Origin: Armatimonadota bacterium
GTDB lineage: Bacteria > Armatimonadota > Armatimonadia > Armatimonadales > Armatimonadaceae
Direction of reading: 5' to 3'
Length of the DNA: 64,000 nucleotides
Assembly (NCBI GenBank): GCA_043754515.1
Contig: JAYUUO010000150.1
Coordinates: forward strand, 1 to 64,000
Shown: positions 8,150-17,399 of the stretch, in pieces
Numbering within the stretch: the first letter of the stretch is position 1
How the letters are laid out: every line of letters starts with the position of its first letter
Translations under genes and position numbers: made by a program
The notes under the pieces: generated by a model
The model's database searches: none
The model's input: the letters and a program-made list of their open reading frames with translations, nothing else
Told to the model about the DNA's origin: nothing

Positions 8150-11146
8150 ATGCCGTTGACTCTACGACTATTTGGTCGGTTCTCCTGCCGGATCGGCGAA
8201 GGGGATCTATCCCCCCTGCGTTCGCGGCGCGGCTATCTGCTTTTCGCTCTACTGATACTACGTGGCGGGCGGAAGGTCTCGCGGGAAGAGATCATCGCGC
8301 TCCTATGGCCGGAAAGTAGCTTCAAAGGCGGGCAGGAGAACCTGCGCAGGACGCTTACCGATTTACGCCGCGCCCTCGGTCTGGAAGCGTTTCGGGTCGT
8401 TTCGGATGGACACCAGAGCCTTTCTTTTCTGGTTGACTCCGCTGTATTTGCCGATGTGCTTCGCTTCGATGCCCTCGCCGCTCGATGGGATATCACGGGA
8501 AACGACGATTCGGCGACGGAAGCCGTGGAACTACATCGCGGCCCTCTACTGGAGGAATGGGATGTAGAGGGAGTAGCGGTTGAGCGCGACATCCGGAGCG
8601 AACAATGCCGCGCAATGCTCGAGTCGCTTGCCCGTACCGCGCTTCTCGACAACAATACGAACCAGGCCCTCGCTCTCGCTCGCCGCGCGGAACGCCTCGC
8701 GCCCCTTAGCTCGCCAATACAGTGCCTCCTCTTTGAGGCGATTCTCGCGAGTGGGGAATCAACTGGCGCGGAGATCGCGTACCGCCGTTTCCGTGACCGC
8801 CTCCATCGCGAGGCGAATCAGCAGCCGGATTCGCGAACGCAGGCGGAAATCGAGCGGCTACGTCAACGGTACCTGCATTCCAAGCCCAGTCCCTCGACCA
8901 CTGGTAGGAGCGATAATCGGCCCGGTCTGCCCCACTTCCTGACATCCTTCATCGGGCGAGTCGAAGACATCCAATCTGTAAGGAACCGGTTGCTCGAAGC
9001 GAATACCCGCCTCGTGACGCTAATGGGAGTGGGAGGAATAGGCAAAACTCGCCTCGCTGTCGAAGTCGCGAGCAGAATGGGCGAATCGGTGTATGTAGAT
9101 CTGTCTGTATTAACGACCGGTGCTTCGGGCGAGATTATATGGGGCAGTGTCCTCGCGGCGTTGGGTGGGAAAGCGACGGATGGTTCAGCGAGAGAGTCTG
9201 TCGCGTTACTCCTGAACCGTCCTATTTTGCTGGTTTTCGATAACGCGGAGCATCTGCTACCCGCGGTCAGTCGTGTCATCTGCGAGATACTGAACGACGC
9301 CCACTCCTGTCAGATTCTGGCGACGAGCCGACGTTCACTCAGAGTGCCGGGCGAGGTTTGCTGGCGGCTTAGTCCGCACGACGATCCGATTTCCCTCTTC
9401 GCCGCCCGTGCCCGCGCTGTTCGCCCCGAATTCACTCTCACCGAGGAAAACCAAGCCTCCATAACCGAACTATGTCGCCGCCTCGATGATCTGCCTCTCG
9501 CTATTGAATTGGCTGCCGCGCGATTACGCCTCCTACCGATACAAAAAATTGCCGAACGTCTATCGAATCGGTTCGATCTGCTCGCGAGCGACATCCTCCT
9601 CATTTCACCTCGCCAACGTACCTTGCGTAGCACGATAGCGTGGAGCTACGAACTTCTCGATTCGGATGAGAAGGACTTGCTCGCCGCGCTTTCGGTATTT
9701 ATGGGCGGTGCGAGTCTAGAAGCCGTCGAAGCCGTCGCGCCCGCCTTCGCGTCGCGGTCGTCGCCACTGGATATTCTTTCCAGGTTGGTTGATTCGTCAC
9801 TTGTGGTTCCCGGGGAGCGGTACCGCCTTCTGGAAACGGTGCGTGACTACGCGGCGGAGTGTCTCAAGGCTTCTGGCAAGGCAGACGAGTTGTCAATGCG
9901 ACATTATGAGTACTTGCTATCTCTCGCGCGAGATGGGGACAAGCATGCCTGGGGGGATGACAGCGCGTACTATTTCGATCTGCTCGAAAGTGAACGGGAG
10001 AACTTTCGGGCAGCGATATTAAACGTGCCAGGGGAAAACGCACTCATCCTCACTCTCTGCCTGTCGCACTTCTGGAACCAGCGCGGATACTTTCGCGATG
10101 GCGTCATCCTCTTCCGTCTCGCGTTCGATAGATGCTCGAACACGGAGGAGCCGATACTGGCGATACTTCTGGCTCAGGCGCGGGGGTGGCAGGGGCGGTT
10201 CCAGCGTGCGTTGGGACAGAAACAGGATGCGGAAGGTGTTTTCCGGGAGGCAATCTCCCTTTGTCGGGTGGGAGGAGATCTGCCGTTGCTGACGGATATG
10301 CTCAATTGCCTCGGCAGTCTTCTCCATGAACAGGGTAATCTTCTGGGGGCGTGGGAGTGCTATCAGGAGGGCTTGATGATCTGTCATGATACGGGGGATC
10401 ATCGCCGCACGGCGATCTTAAGACGTGAGACCGGGATTCTGTTGCAGATCGAGGGTAACTACGTGGCGTCAAGAAAGCGGCTCCAAGAAGCGCTGGCGAT
10501 GTTCCGGGCGGAGAACGCGCGATGGGACGAGATGGTATGCCTCTGGTGGCTGGGTTTCGTATGCGAGGCGCAGGGCGACTTCCAAACGGCGATGGCTCGG
10601 CTTGATGAATCGCTAATTTACGCGCTTGAACTCCGTAGTCCGGCGGCGGAACTGATGGTGAGACAAAGTCAGGCGGATGTTCTTCGGGATCAAGGCGACT
10701 TCGCTCTGGCCCGTGAGTGTTATGAAGCGACCATGCCTCTGGCGCGTGAGGTAGGCGATTGGTACAAGGAGGCGGTTGCATGGCGCGGTATGAGCGAGGC
10801 ATCACGCGGTCTCGGCGACGGGGAAGGCGCGGCGGACTATATCCGACGCGCGGTTACGTTAGCCTCTCGCTCCCATGCCCCCCTACTTTGCGCCCTGGAG
10901 CTGTTGAGCGAAGCCGCCGCTGTCGCTACCTTTATGGGACTCGTTAACGACGCGGTCAGTCTCTATGCCTTTGTAGAATACTCCCGCGCCAGTCGTAAAA
11001 TCCCTAATCCCGCTACGGTCCGTGATCGTCATTCTCGCGATATAGCCGCGCTGAACTTCTCTCTGGGGGAGTCTAACTTCGCTCAACTATGGCAGCAAGG
11101 TAAGAACATGCCCATTGAGAACGCTTTCGCGTTGGTGCGAATCTAG
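8150..11146 (+). CDS. SARP-family (wHTH-BTAD) regulator with NB-ARC/STAND ATPase and TPRs (AfsR-like)
   Basis: LRLFGRF..SREEIIALLWPE..LRRTLTDLRRALG (wHTH), ELHRGPLL (BTAD), SFIGR, GVGGIGKTRLA (Walker A), LLVFDNAEH (Walker B), LDDLPLAIELAAAR, C-terminal TPR-like helices. Confidence 0.92.
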   Translation: MPLTLRLFGRFSCRIGEGDLSPLRSRRGYLLFALLILRGGRKVSREEIIALLWPESSFKGGQENLRRTLTDLRRALGLEAFRVVSDGHQSLSFLVDSAVFADVLRFDALAARWDITGNDDSATEAVELHRGPLLEEWDVEGVAVERDIRSEQCRAMLESLARTALLDNNTNQALALARRAERLAPLSSPIQCLLFEAILASGESTGAEIAYRRFRDRLHREANQQPDSRTQAEIERLRQRYLHSKPSPSTTGRSDNRPGLPHFLTSFIGRVEDIQSVRNRLLEANTRLVTLMGVGGIGKTRLAVEVASRMGESVYVDLSVLTTGASGEIIWGSVLAALGGKATDGSARESVALLLNRPILLVFDNAEHLLPAVSRVICEILNDAHSCQILATSRRSLRVPGEVCWRLSPHDDPISLFAARARAVRPEFTLTEENQASITELCRRLDDLPLAIELAAARLRLLPIQKIAERLSNRFDLLASDILLISPRQRTLRSTIAWSYELLDSDEKDLLAALSVFMGGASLEAVEAVAPAFASRSSPLDILSRLVDSSLVVPGERYRLLETVRDYAAECLKASGKADELSMRHYEYLLSLARDGDKHAWGDDSAYYFDLLESERENFRAAILNVPGENALILTLCLSHFWNQRGYFRDGVILFRLAFDRCSNTEEPILAILLAQARGWQGRFQRALGQKQDAEGVFREAISLCRVGGDLPLLTDMLNCLGSLLHEQGNLLGAWECYQEGLMICHDTGDHRRTAILRRETGILLQIEGNYVASRKRLQEALAMFRAENARWDEMVCLWWLGFVCEAQGDFQTAMARLDESLIYALELRSPAAELMVRQSQADVLRDQGDFALARECYEATMPLAREVGDWYKEAVAWRGMSEASRGLGDGEGAADYIRRAVTLASRSHAPLLCALELLSEAAAVATFMGLVNDAVSLYAFVEYSRASRKIPNPATVRDRHSRDIAALNFSLGESNFAQLWQQGKNMPIENAFALVRI

Positions 11147-11305
11147 GGGGGGACACGTACGGGAGCGAAACCCTATACGTCATGATTAATTAGTTCCCAC
11201 CCCGGAAGGAGGCATACCCGCCGCCCGGCCAGGATGCCTTAGTCAAGATGCATCTGACAAGCGAACCCCGGAGAATCCCGTCTGATACAATCAGCGTCAA
11301 TAGTA

Positions 11306-13507
11306 ATGAACAGCGAAAATATAACGAACGGCGATAAGACCGCCGACACACACGAAGAGGTCACCCAATTTTCCGACGCCGAGGAGTTCCCCCTCATCAA
11401 GGGAGACCGGAGCCTGTATATCAACCGTGAGCTTTCCTGGCTAGCGTTCAACCGGCGCGTGCTCGAAGAAGCGCAGGACGAGCGGCACCCGCTCCTCGAA
11501 CGGGTCAAGTTCCTGGCGATCTTCGGCTCGAACCTGGACGAGTTCTTTATGATCCGCATTTCGGGCCTCCAGGCGCAACGCACCGCCGAGGTCGCCGACG
11601 TCGCGCTCGACGGGCTGACGCCTACCCAGGCTCTAGATCAGATCGCGGCGACGGTGAAGGAACTACTCGCGGAGGCGGAGGAGTGCCGCAAGACTCTGAT
11701 GATGGGTCTGCGACGCGAGCAGATCGAGGTCTGCCATTTCAGCGACCTATCGTCCGACGAAAAGGTGCACCTCGCGACCTATTTTCAGGATGAGATCTTC
11801 CCGATCCTGACGCCGCTCGCCGTGGACCCCGCGCACCCGTTCCCGCACATCTCTAACCTGTCGCTGAACCTTGCCGTGATCGTGCGCGATCCGGGGTTCG
11901 GGGAGCGGTTCGCGCGTATGAAACTGCCGGGGACGATCCCCCGGTTCGTGCCGCTACCGCCGCATCTCGCCCCCCCGCTTCCCGCGAACGGCAGGAATGG
12001 CGACGCGGGGCGCGTCCGGTTCGTGTACATCGAGGACGTCGTCGCGCACTTCGCTGGGTCGCTGTTCCCCGGCCTCCAGCCCGTCGCTGCCTACCCGTTC
12101 CGTATCACGCGCAACGCCGACTTCGAGATCCAGGAGGACGAAGCCGAGGATCTGCTCCGCACCATTGAGGAAAGCATACGCGAGCGACATTTCGGCTTCG
12201 TGACGCGTCTCGAAGTCACCGCCGCGATGCCGCAACGGGTGTGCGAATCTGTGATCGAGGGTCTGGAAATGGACCCGCGCAACATGGTCACGCTCCCGGT
12301 CGAGGTGATGAGCCTGTCAGCCTTGATGGAACTCACCCGCGTGGACCGGCCCGACCTGAAGTTCCCGCCGTATGTGCCGCGCATGCCGCCCGCGCTCAAG
12401 ACGAACGAGGATCTGTTCACTGTCATCGGGCAACGCGACGTGTTGCTACACCACCCGTACGAGTCGTTCGCGCCGGTCACCGGCATGATTGAAGCCGCCG
12501 CGCGCGACCAGGACGTGCGCGCCATCAAACAGACGTTGTACCGGCTGGGCCCTAACTCGCCGTTGCCCCCCGCGCTGATCCAGGCGCGGGACGCCGACAC
12601 GCAGGTCGCGGTGCTGGTGGAGCTAAAGGCGCGCTTCGACGAGGAGAATAACATCACGTGGGCGCGGCAACTCGAAGCGGCGGGCGTACACGTGGTCTAC
12701 GGCCTGGTCGGTCTGAAAACGCACTGCAAGGTGCTCCTGATCGTTCGTAAGGAGCCGGGCGGAAGGATACGTCGCTACTGCCACTTCGGGACGGGCAACT
12801 ACAATGCCACGACGGCACGCTTTTACACCGATTTCGGGTTACTCACCACCGACCCGCAACTCGCCGCGGACGCGACCGACCTGTTCAACTACCTGACAGG
12901 CTACTCGCGCCAGCGGGTGTTCCGCAAAATCCTGGTCGCGCCGATAAACTTGCGCGAGCGGTTCGCGGAGATGATCGAGCGCGAGACCCGCCACGCCCAA
13001 GAAGGGCGTCCGGCGCGGCTCCTGTTCCAAATGAACTCGCTCGCCGACCCGCACATGGTGGAGCTACTGTATCGCGCGTCGCGGGCGGGCGTCAAAGTGG
13101 ATCTGATCGTGCGCGGCGTCTGCTGTTTGCGCCCCGGCGTGCCCGGCATTTCCGACAACGTTTCTGTGATTAGCATCGTCGGGCGGTTCCTGGAACACTC
13201 GCGGTGCTACTACTTCGAGAACGACGGGAACCCCGCGCTGTACCTCGGCTCGGCGGATCTGATGACGCGCAACCTGGACCGCCGCGTCGAGGTGATGTTC
13301 CCGATCGAAAAGCCGGAACTGCGCGATTACGTGGTCAAGTCGGTGCTGGAAACGATGCTTTCGGACAATACGCAGGCGCGCCGCTTGCGGCCGGACGGCA
13401 CCTGGGAGCGCGTGCGGCCCGAAGCCCGCAAAAAGCGGGTTGACTCGCAGGCTGTTTTCATCCGAAGCTCGTCCACGCCGGAAACGAAAAGCCGAAAAGC
13501 GCGGTGA
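11306..13507 (+). CDS. ppk1: Polyphosphate kinase 1
   Basis: YINRELSWLAFNRRVL, SNLDEFFMIR, HPFPHISN, LLHHPYESF, ELKARFDEENN, LKTHCK, GRFLEHSR, RNLDRRVE. Confidence 0.97.
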   Translation: MNSENITNGDKTADTHEEVTQFSDAEEFPLIKGDRSLYINRELSWLAFNRRVLEEAQDERHPLLERVKFLAIFGSNLDEFFMIRISGLQAQRTAEVADVALDGLTPTQALDQIAATVKELLAEAEECRKTLMMGLRREQIEVCHFSDLSSDEKVHLATYFQDEIFPILTPLAVDPAHPFPHISNLSLNLAVIVRDPGFGERFARMKLPGTIPRFVPLPPHLAPPLPANGRNGDAGRVRFVYIEDVVAHFAGSLFPGLQPVAAYPFRITRNADFEIQEDEAEDLLRTIEESIRERHFGFVTRLEVTAAMPQRVCESVIEGLEMDPRNMVTLPVEVMSLSALMELTRVDRPDLKFPPYVPRMPPALKTNEDLFTVIGQRDVLLHHPYESFAPVTGMIEAAARDQDVRAIKQTLYRLGPNSPLPPALIQARDADTQVAVLVELKARFDEENNITWARQLEAAGVHVVYGLVGLKTHCKVLLIVRKEPGGRIRRYCHFGTGNYNATTARFYTDFGLLTTDPQLAADATDLFNYLTGYSRQRVFRKILVAPINLRERFAEMIERETRHAQEGRPARLLFQMNSLADPHMVELLYRASRAGVKVDLIVRGVCCLRPGVPGISDNVSVISIVGRFLEHSRCYYFENDGNPALYLGSADLMTRNLDRRVEVMFPIEKPELRDYVVKSVLETMLSDNTQARRLRPDGTWERVRPEARKKRVDSQAVFIRSSSTPETKSRKAR

Positions 13508-13513
13508 GGAGGA

Positions 13514-13562
13514 GTAATTGTACAGGGTTGTCGAAACTTTTACGCTTGCTCCTTCGTAGGTG
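13514..13562 (+). repeat. Degenerate copy of the left end of the 15358-15548 MITE-like element
   Basis: 40/49 nt identical to 15358-15406 (by-eye alignment). Confidence 0.7.
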
Positions 13563-13648
13563 AAATATGCGGAATCCGCGTAGTCGGTACTCGGCGCGGC
13601 TGTTCCTTTTCGCCCGGTTTCGGTACGATGACCGCGTTTCGGGCGGTG

Positions 13649-14183
13649 CTAGCCCTGTGGTTCCGTGCCGGTTCCGCTCGCCGCCTCGCTCCGCCCGCCT
13701 ATGAGTTTTTTCAAGGCGAGCAGTTCCATAATATGGAGTTGGTCTTTCGGCCGGTTGGCAGCGCGCTTCATGGCGATCAGGTCGTCAAGGGAAGCCACCG
13801 GCACTACGAAGCCGCCTAAGTCCATCGGCACGGCGCGCGCCCGCAAATCGTCGAAGGATTCCACGCCGCCGATTTCGCGCATGACATCCACCGGGGCGAG
13901 GTCGGTGAATAGGTTCAAAAAGCGCACCTTCCACAACGTATCCGTGGTGATAAAAAAGTTGTCGTTCGCGGGGCGACCGAGGACGCGCGCGTGGATCGTC
14001 GGCAGAAACGCCGCGAGGCGCTCGAGATTTTCGCCGTCGTCCTTCGTGTACGCTAGATCAACGTGTACGCTAGATCAACTACGCTAGATCAACGTCGCGC
14101 GTAATGTAGCTCGACCCGTGGGCGATCATGGCAAGACCGCCGATAAGGACGAACTCGATCCCGGCTTCGTGAAAACGGCGCAC
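13649..14183 (-). pseudogene. Pol-beta-like nucleotidyltransferase (toxin-antitoxin type) interrupted by a 31-bp tandem duplication
   Basis: IEFVLIGGLAMIAHGSSYITRDVDLA ends at a TAG inside the duplication. Removing 31 bp restores one frame through LDDLIAMKRAANRPKD. Start codon uncertain. Confidence 0.85.
14045..14092 (+). repeat. Tandem repeat (17+17+14 nt) with core TACGCTAGATCAA
   Basis: CGTGTACGCTAGATCAA twice, followed by CTACGCTAGATCAA. Confidence 0.95.
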
Positions 14184-14422
14184 CGTCGTTTTAAGCTGGT
14201 CTTATGAGCTGCCTGGTTTCGTTCACGGGCTTCTTCTATTTCCAGCAATCCCACGAGGGATATCCAGTGGTACCGCAGTCGCTCGGCGGGGGTAAGTTTC
14301 AAGTTCTCGCGCAGATGACCGAGGTCAATCCCGTTTTCGTCTTGGTCGCCCCAGTAGTCGGGGTTCTCTTGCTGGAACCGGATGATCTCTTCCTCCGTTG
14401 CGCGCTGTTCTTCGGGAGTCAT
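14126..14422 (-). CDS. Small protein upstream of the nucleotidyltransferase (putative antitoxin/partner)
   Basis: GIDLGHLRENLKLTPAERL resembles small proteins I recall preceding this NTase family; TACAAT lies 6 nt before ATG 14422. Confidence 0.65.
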   Translation of the reverse strand: MTPEEQRATEEEIIRFQQENPDYWGDQDENGIDLGHLRENLKLTPAERLRYHWISLVGLLEIEEARERNQAAHKTSLKRRCAVFTKPGSSSSLSAVLP

Positions 14423-14539
14423 GCCCCCATTGTAGTACGGCGCGGTCAAAACGAGTAGGTTCGGCGCGCGGCGCGGATATGGCTTGCCGCCCGGTTCCGG
14501 CCTATCATAGGAGCGAAACCTCAGGAGAGTAATTTACCG

Positions 14540-15325
14540 ATGAACCGTGTCACCCCCGAAACCCCGCTACCCAACGTTTTAGGACTGCTCGCCCGCGACG
14601 GCTATGTGCTGATGGAAGACGCCCTGACCGCCCCGCAGGTGGCGAGCCTGCGCGCCGCCTTCGACGAGCAGTTCGCCCTCCACCCGCCCAAGCCAAACGC
14701 GACCCGCGCCGAGGTACCGCGCCTTCTGGAGCGTGACGAACGCTTCGAGATGCTGATGGACCTGCCCTCTACTTTCGATGTCGCGCGCGGCGTTATCGGT
14801 GCCGACATCGAACTCGCGGCGGGCGGCGAACTCGACTACAAACTGCCGCGCACCCCGGCGTATATCGCGTGGCATAACGACTTCGCCTGGATGGTCAACG
14901 TCCCGTACCCGCGCCAGAACTTCTGGGTGCGCTGCACGTTCTTCATCGGCGACGTAAACGAGGACACCGGGCCGTTCACGCTCCTGCCCGGCACGCATCT
15001 CAAAGACCACGGTCCGACGGCGGATATGACGGAGGCGAACGGTCAGCCGCGCGTGATGCCGGGGCAGATCGGCGTCACGGGCAAGGCGGGTTCGTGCCTC
15101 ATCAACAACACCGAGATCTGGCACACGAATACCCCGCTGACTGGCGACGAGCCGCGCCGTTTGATCATGCTCCTCTACAAGCACGCTTGGATGAAGCAGT
15201 GGCAAGAAGGGTATGAAATATCGCCGGAGTTCGCCGCGCGCCAGACCGATCCGGTGCGCCGCCAGCTCACCGGCGGGTTCGCGTGGCACTACGGTGCCGG
15301 GCATTTCCCGGCGGGAAAGGTATAG
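14540..15325 (+). CDS. Phytanoyl-CoA dioxygenase (PhyH) family Fe/2OG oxygenase
   Basis: RDGYVL, WHND (HxD), GPFTLLPGTH, KAGSCLI..WH..R; AGGAG SD. Confidence 0.88.
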   Translation: MNRVTPETPLPNVLGLLARDGYVLMEDALTAPQVASLRAAFDEQFALHPPKPNATRAEVPRLLERDERFEMLMDLPSTFDVARGVIGADIELAAGGELDYKLPRTPAYIAWHNDFAWMVNVPYPRQNFWVRCTFFIGDVNEDTGPFTLLPGTHLKDHGPTADMTEANGQPRVMPGQIGVTGKAGSCLINNTEIWHTNTPLTGDEPRRLIMLLYKHAWMKQWQEGYEISPEFAARQTDPVRRQLTGGFAWHYGAGHFPAGKV

Positions 15326-15357
15326 CATTCCTGGCACCGATTGATGACTTCGGCAAG

Positions 15358-15548
15358 GTAACTGTTCAGGGTTGTCGGGACTTTTTCGTGCGCTCCTTCG
15401 TGGGTGGTCTATAACGACCCGCTCCGTTCGCGACGTGGCAGTCGCGGGCCGGGGAGGGTTTGTCGGACTGACGGCGGATGCCAGCACGGCGGGGGGCAGG
15501 TTGCCGCGCCCGCCCGAACTTTATGCTTCGATGACCCTGAACAGTTGC
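15358..15548. mobile_element. MITE-like element with IS66-type (GTAAC..TCAG) terminal inverted repeats
   Basis: GTAACTGTTCAGGGT (15358-15372) versus ACCCTGAACAGTTGC (15534-15548), 14/15 inverted match; no transposase; no clear target duplication. Confidence 0.62.
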
Positions 15549-15563
15549 GAGTAATATTCGGGC

Positions 15564-15592
15564 TTGCACGCCGCCGCGCCCCGTGTTACAAT
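15564..15592 (+). promoter_or_regulatory. Sigma70-type promoter of tRNA-Ser
   Basis: TTGCAC-17 nt-TACAAT with extended TG, 18 nt upstream of the tRNA. Confidence 0.75.
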
Positions 15593-15610
15593 TGCGCGAG
15601 ACCATAACCC

Positions 15611-15699
15611 GGAGTGGTGGCTGAGTGGTCGAAAGCGACGGTTTGCTAAACCGTTGTAGGCTTTAACCCCTACCTCGGGTTCGAATCCCGACCACTCCG
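15611..15699 (+). tRNA. tRNA-Ser (anticodon GCT), CCA not encoded
   Basis: Acceptor GGAGTGG/CCACTCC, anticodon stem ACGGT-TTGCTAA-ACCGT, long variable arm GTAGG..CCTAC, T-arm GGTTCGAATCC. Confidence 0.97.
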
Positions 15700-15782
15700 T
15701 TTTTTTGTCGCCGATCTGCCGCGTCGGGATCCGCCCCCGGCAGATCGGCGCGCGTCTTGCCCCGGAAGGATCGCCCGCCATC

Positions 15783-16925
15783 GTGCAACGCCTCTCAATC
15801 CCGCCCCGATTCGTCGCACTCGCACTCCTCGGTGCCGCGTCGCTTTGCGCGCCCCCCCCCACCCAGGCGCGTACAGACGGTGGCGTATCCCCAGCCACGG
15901 TCCAGTACCTCGCCCTGCGCCGCGCGAATATGCCCGAGATGGGCTTGACGCTGGGCACGCTCGCCCAAAACCCCCAGGCTCACGCCGGGAAAACCATCGA
16001 GATAGACGGCAGGCTCGTCGGTAGTTGCTCGGCGGAGGACGGCCTGACGCGGCTGATGCTCCAGACCGATGGCTCCGGCACCCTGTCGCTCACCATGAGC
16101 AAAGTCCCTTCATGGGTCCGCTCTGGCGACCGCCTCCGCGTCCTCGTGATCGTCACGCCCTCAGAGAACATGGACACGGTCGAGATGGGCGTGCCCGAAA
16201 TGGAGGTGGTCGCGGTCACTTCCGCCTGGGACTTACGCGCCATGGAAGAGCGCGAGCGTAGTGGCAAAGCGGCGCAACTTGCCTATGCGAAGGCGTTGGT
16301 AGCGGGGCGGCGTCGCGCCATGCGACGCTCCCCTCGCCCTCTCGCGTCGCGCTCCGGAATGGGTACCCCTACCCCCGTACCCCGCGAACCCGTCCCGGTC
16401 GGCGGACTGTCGCGCGTCGCGCGGTCGGTTTTTCCCGCCTATCGTGCCTTCATCCAGGGGCGCAACCCGCGCCTCTCGGACGGCCAGGCGAGCGCGATCA
16501 CCTGGGCCGTGCTCCGCTACTCCGAGGCACTGGACACCGATCCCCGGCTAGTAGTCGCCCTGATCATCGCCGAATCGGACTTCGATCCGAACAGCACCTC
16601 ACACTCCGGCGCGATGGGCTTGGGGCAACTGATGCCCGACACCGTGCGGGAGATCGCGGGCAAGACTGGCCTCTCCAACCCCTACGACCCGGTGCAGAAT
16701 ATCGCCGGTTCCATCTGGCTCCTGCGCTCGCACTTGGACAAATACAGCGGCGGTAAAAATATGAACAACCTCGCCGGTAGCGACATCTCGCTCGCGCTGG
16801 CGGCGTATAACGCGGGGCCGGGCGCGGTGAAAAAGTACGGTGGCATCCCGCCGTACCGCGAAACACAAAACTACGTCCGCAAGATCAACGCCATCTACCG
16901 CCAGTTGTGTGGCGGGCACGGTTAG
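15783..16925 (+). CDS. Secreted lytic transglycosylase (SLT domain)
   Basis: LVVALIIAESDF, SHSGAMGLGQLMP, YDPVQNI, ALAAYNAGPGAV, PPYRETQNYV; N-terminal signal peptide; start uncertain. Confidence 0.9.
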   Translation: MQRLSIPPRFVALALLGAASLCAPPPTQARTDGGVSPATVQYLALRRANMPEMGLTLGTLAQNPQAHAGKTIEIDGRLVGSCSAEDGLTRLMLQTDGSGTLSLTMSKVPSWVRSGDRLRVLVIVTPSENMDTVEMGVPEMEVVAVTSAWDLRAMEERERSGKAAQLAYAKALVAGRRRAMRRSPRPLASRSGMGTPTPVPREPVPVGGLSRVARSVFPAYRAFIQGRNPRLSDGQASAITWAVLRYSEALDTDPRLVVALIIAESDFDPNSTSHSGAMGLGQLMPDTVREIAGKTGLSNPYDPVQNIAGSIWLLRSHLDKYSGGKNMNNLAGSDISLALAAYNAGPGAVKKYGGIPPYRETQNYVRKINAIYRQLCGGHG

Positions 16926-16931
16926 TCCGGC

Positions 16932-17342
16932 ATGATCTGCGCGGTCCACGCCGTGATCGGCGCGGCACTCGGGAGGGCTTCGGGCGGCCCGCCCCAGGCG
17001 TTCGTCGCCGGGGTTGCGTCCCACCTCATCGGCGACCTGACGCCGCATAAAGACTTTCCCGCGAGAGTCGAGTTACCACTCCTCGCGATCACGATCAGCC
17101 TGATAGCCCTGATCTTCGGCATCAAATCGCCCGAGTTCTGGGGCGCGGTGGGCGGGTTCGCGCCCGATTTCGAGAACGCCGCCTGGATGGCGGGCTTGAT
17201 CAAACAGGAAGGCTGTCGGTTCCCGACACACGTACACGGCGGCAAGTACCACGCGCCCGCCCTCCGCACCGCGCTCCCGCAGGCGGCACTCGTCCTCGGT
17301 TGCCTTTACTACCTTCTGCGAACCGCGCCCCCGCGAAAGTAA
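16932..17342 (+). CDS. Small membrane protein, possibly metal-binding (H..SHLIGD..PH..PD)
   Basis: Hydrophobic segments with spaced His/Asp; 6 nt after the SLT stop. Confidence 0.6.
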   Translation: MICAVHAVIGAALGRASGGPPQAFVAGVASHLIGDLTPHKDFPARVELPLLAITISLIALIFGIKSPEFWGAVGGFAPDFENAAWMAGLIKQEGCRFPTHVHGGKYHAPALRTALPQAALVLGCLYYLLRTAPPRK

Positions 17343-17399
17343 TTGCAGGGATTTCGCCGCGTGTTGCCGAACAAGCGCGTGATACCTTAAACCGTTCCC

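Noticed and set aside
14045..14092. Short repeats as a possible mini-CRISPR array
   Set aside because: Units are 14-17 nt with no unique spacers, duplicate coding sequence, and there are no cas genes in the window
15611..15699. tRNA-Ser as an integration site for a prophage or island
   Set aside because: No integrase and no duplicated tRNA 3' end seen in the window
15709..15750. 13-bp hairpin after tRNA-Ser as an intrinsic terminator
   Set aside because: The T-run precedes the stem rather than following it, so terminator geometry is not met; role unassigned
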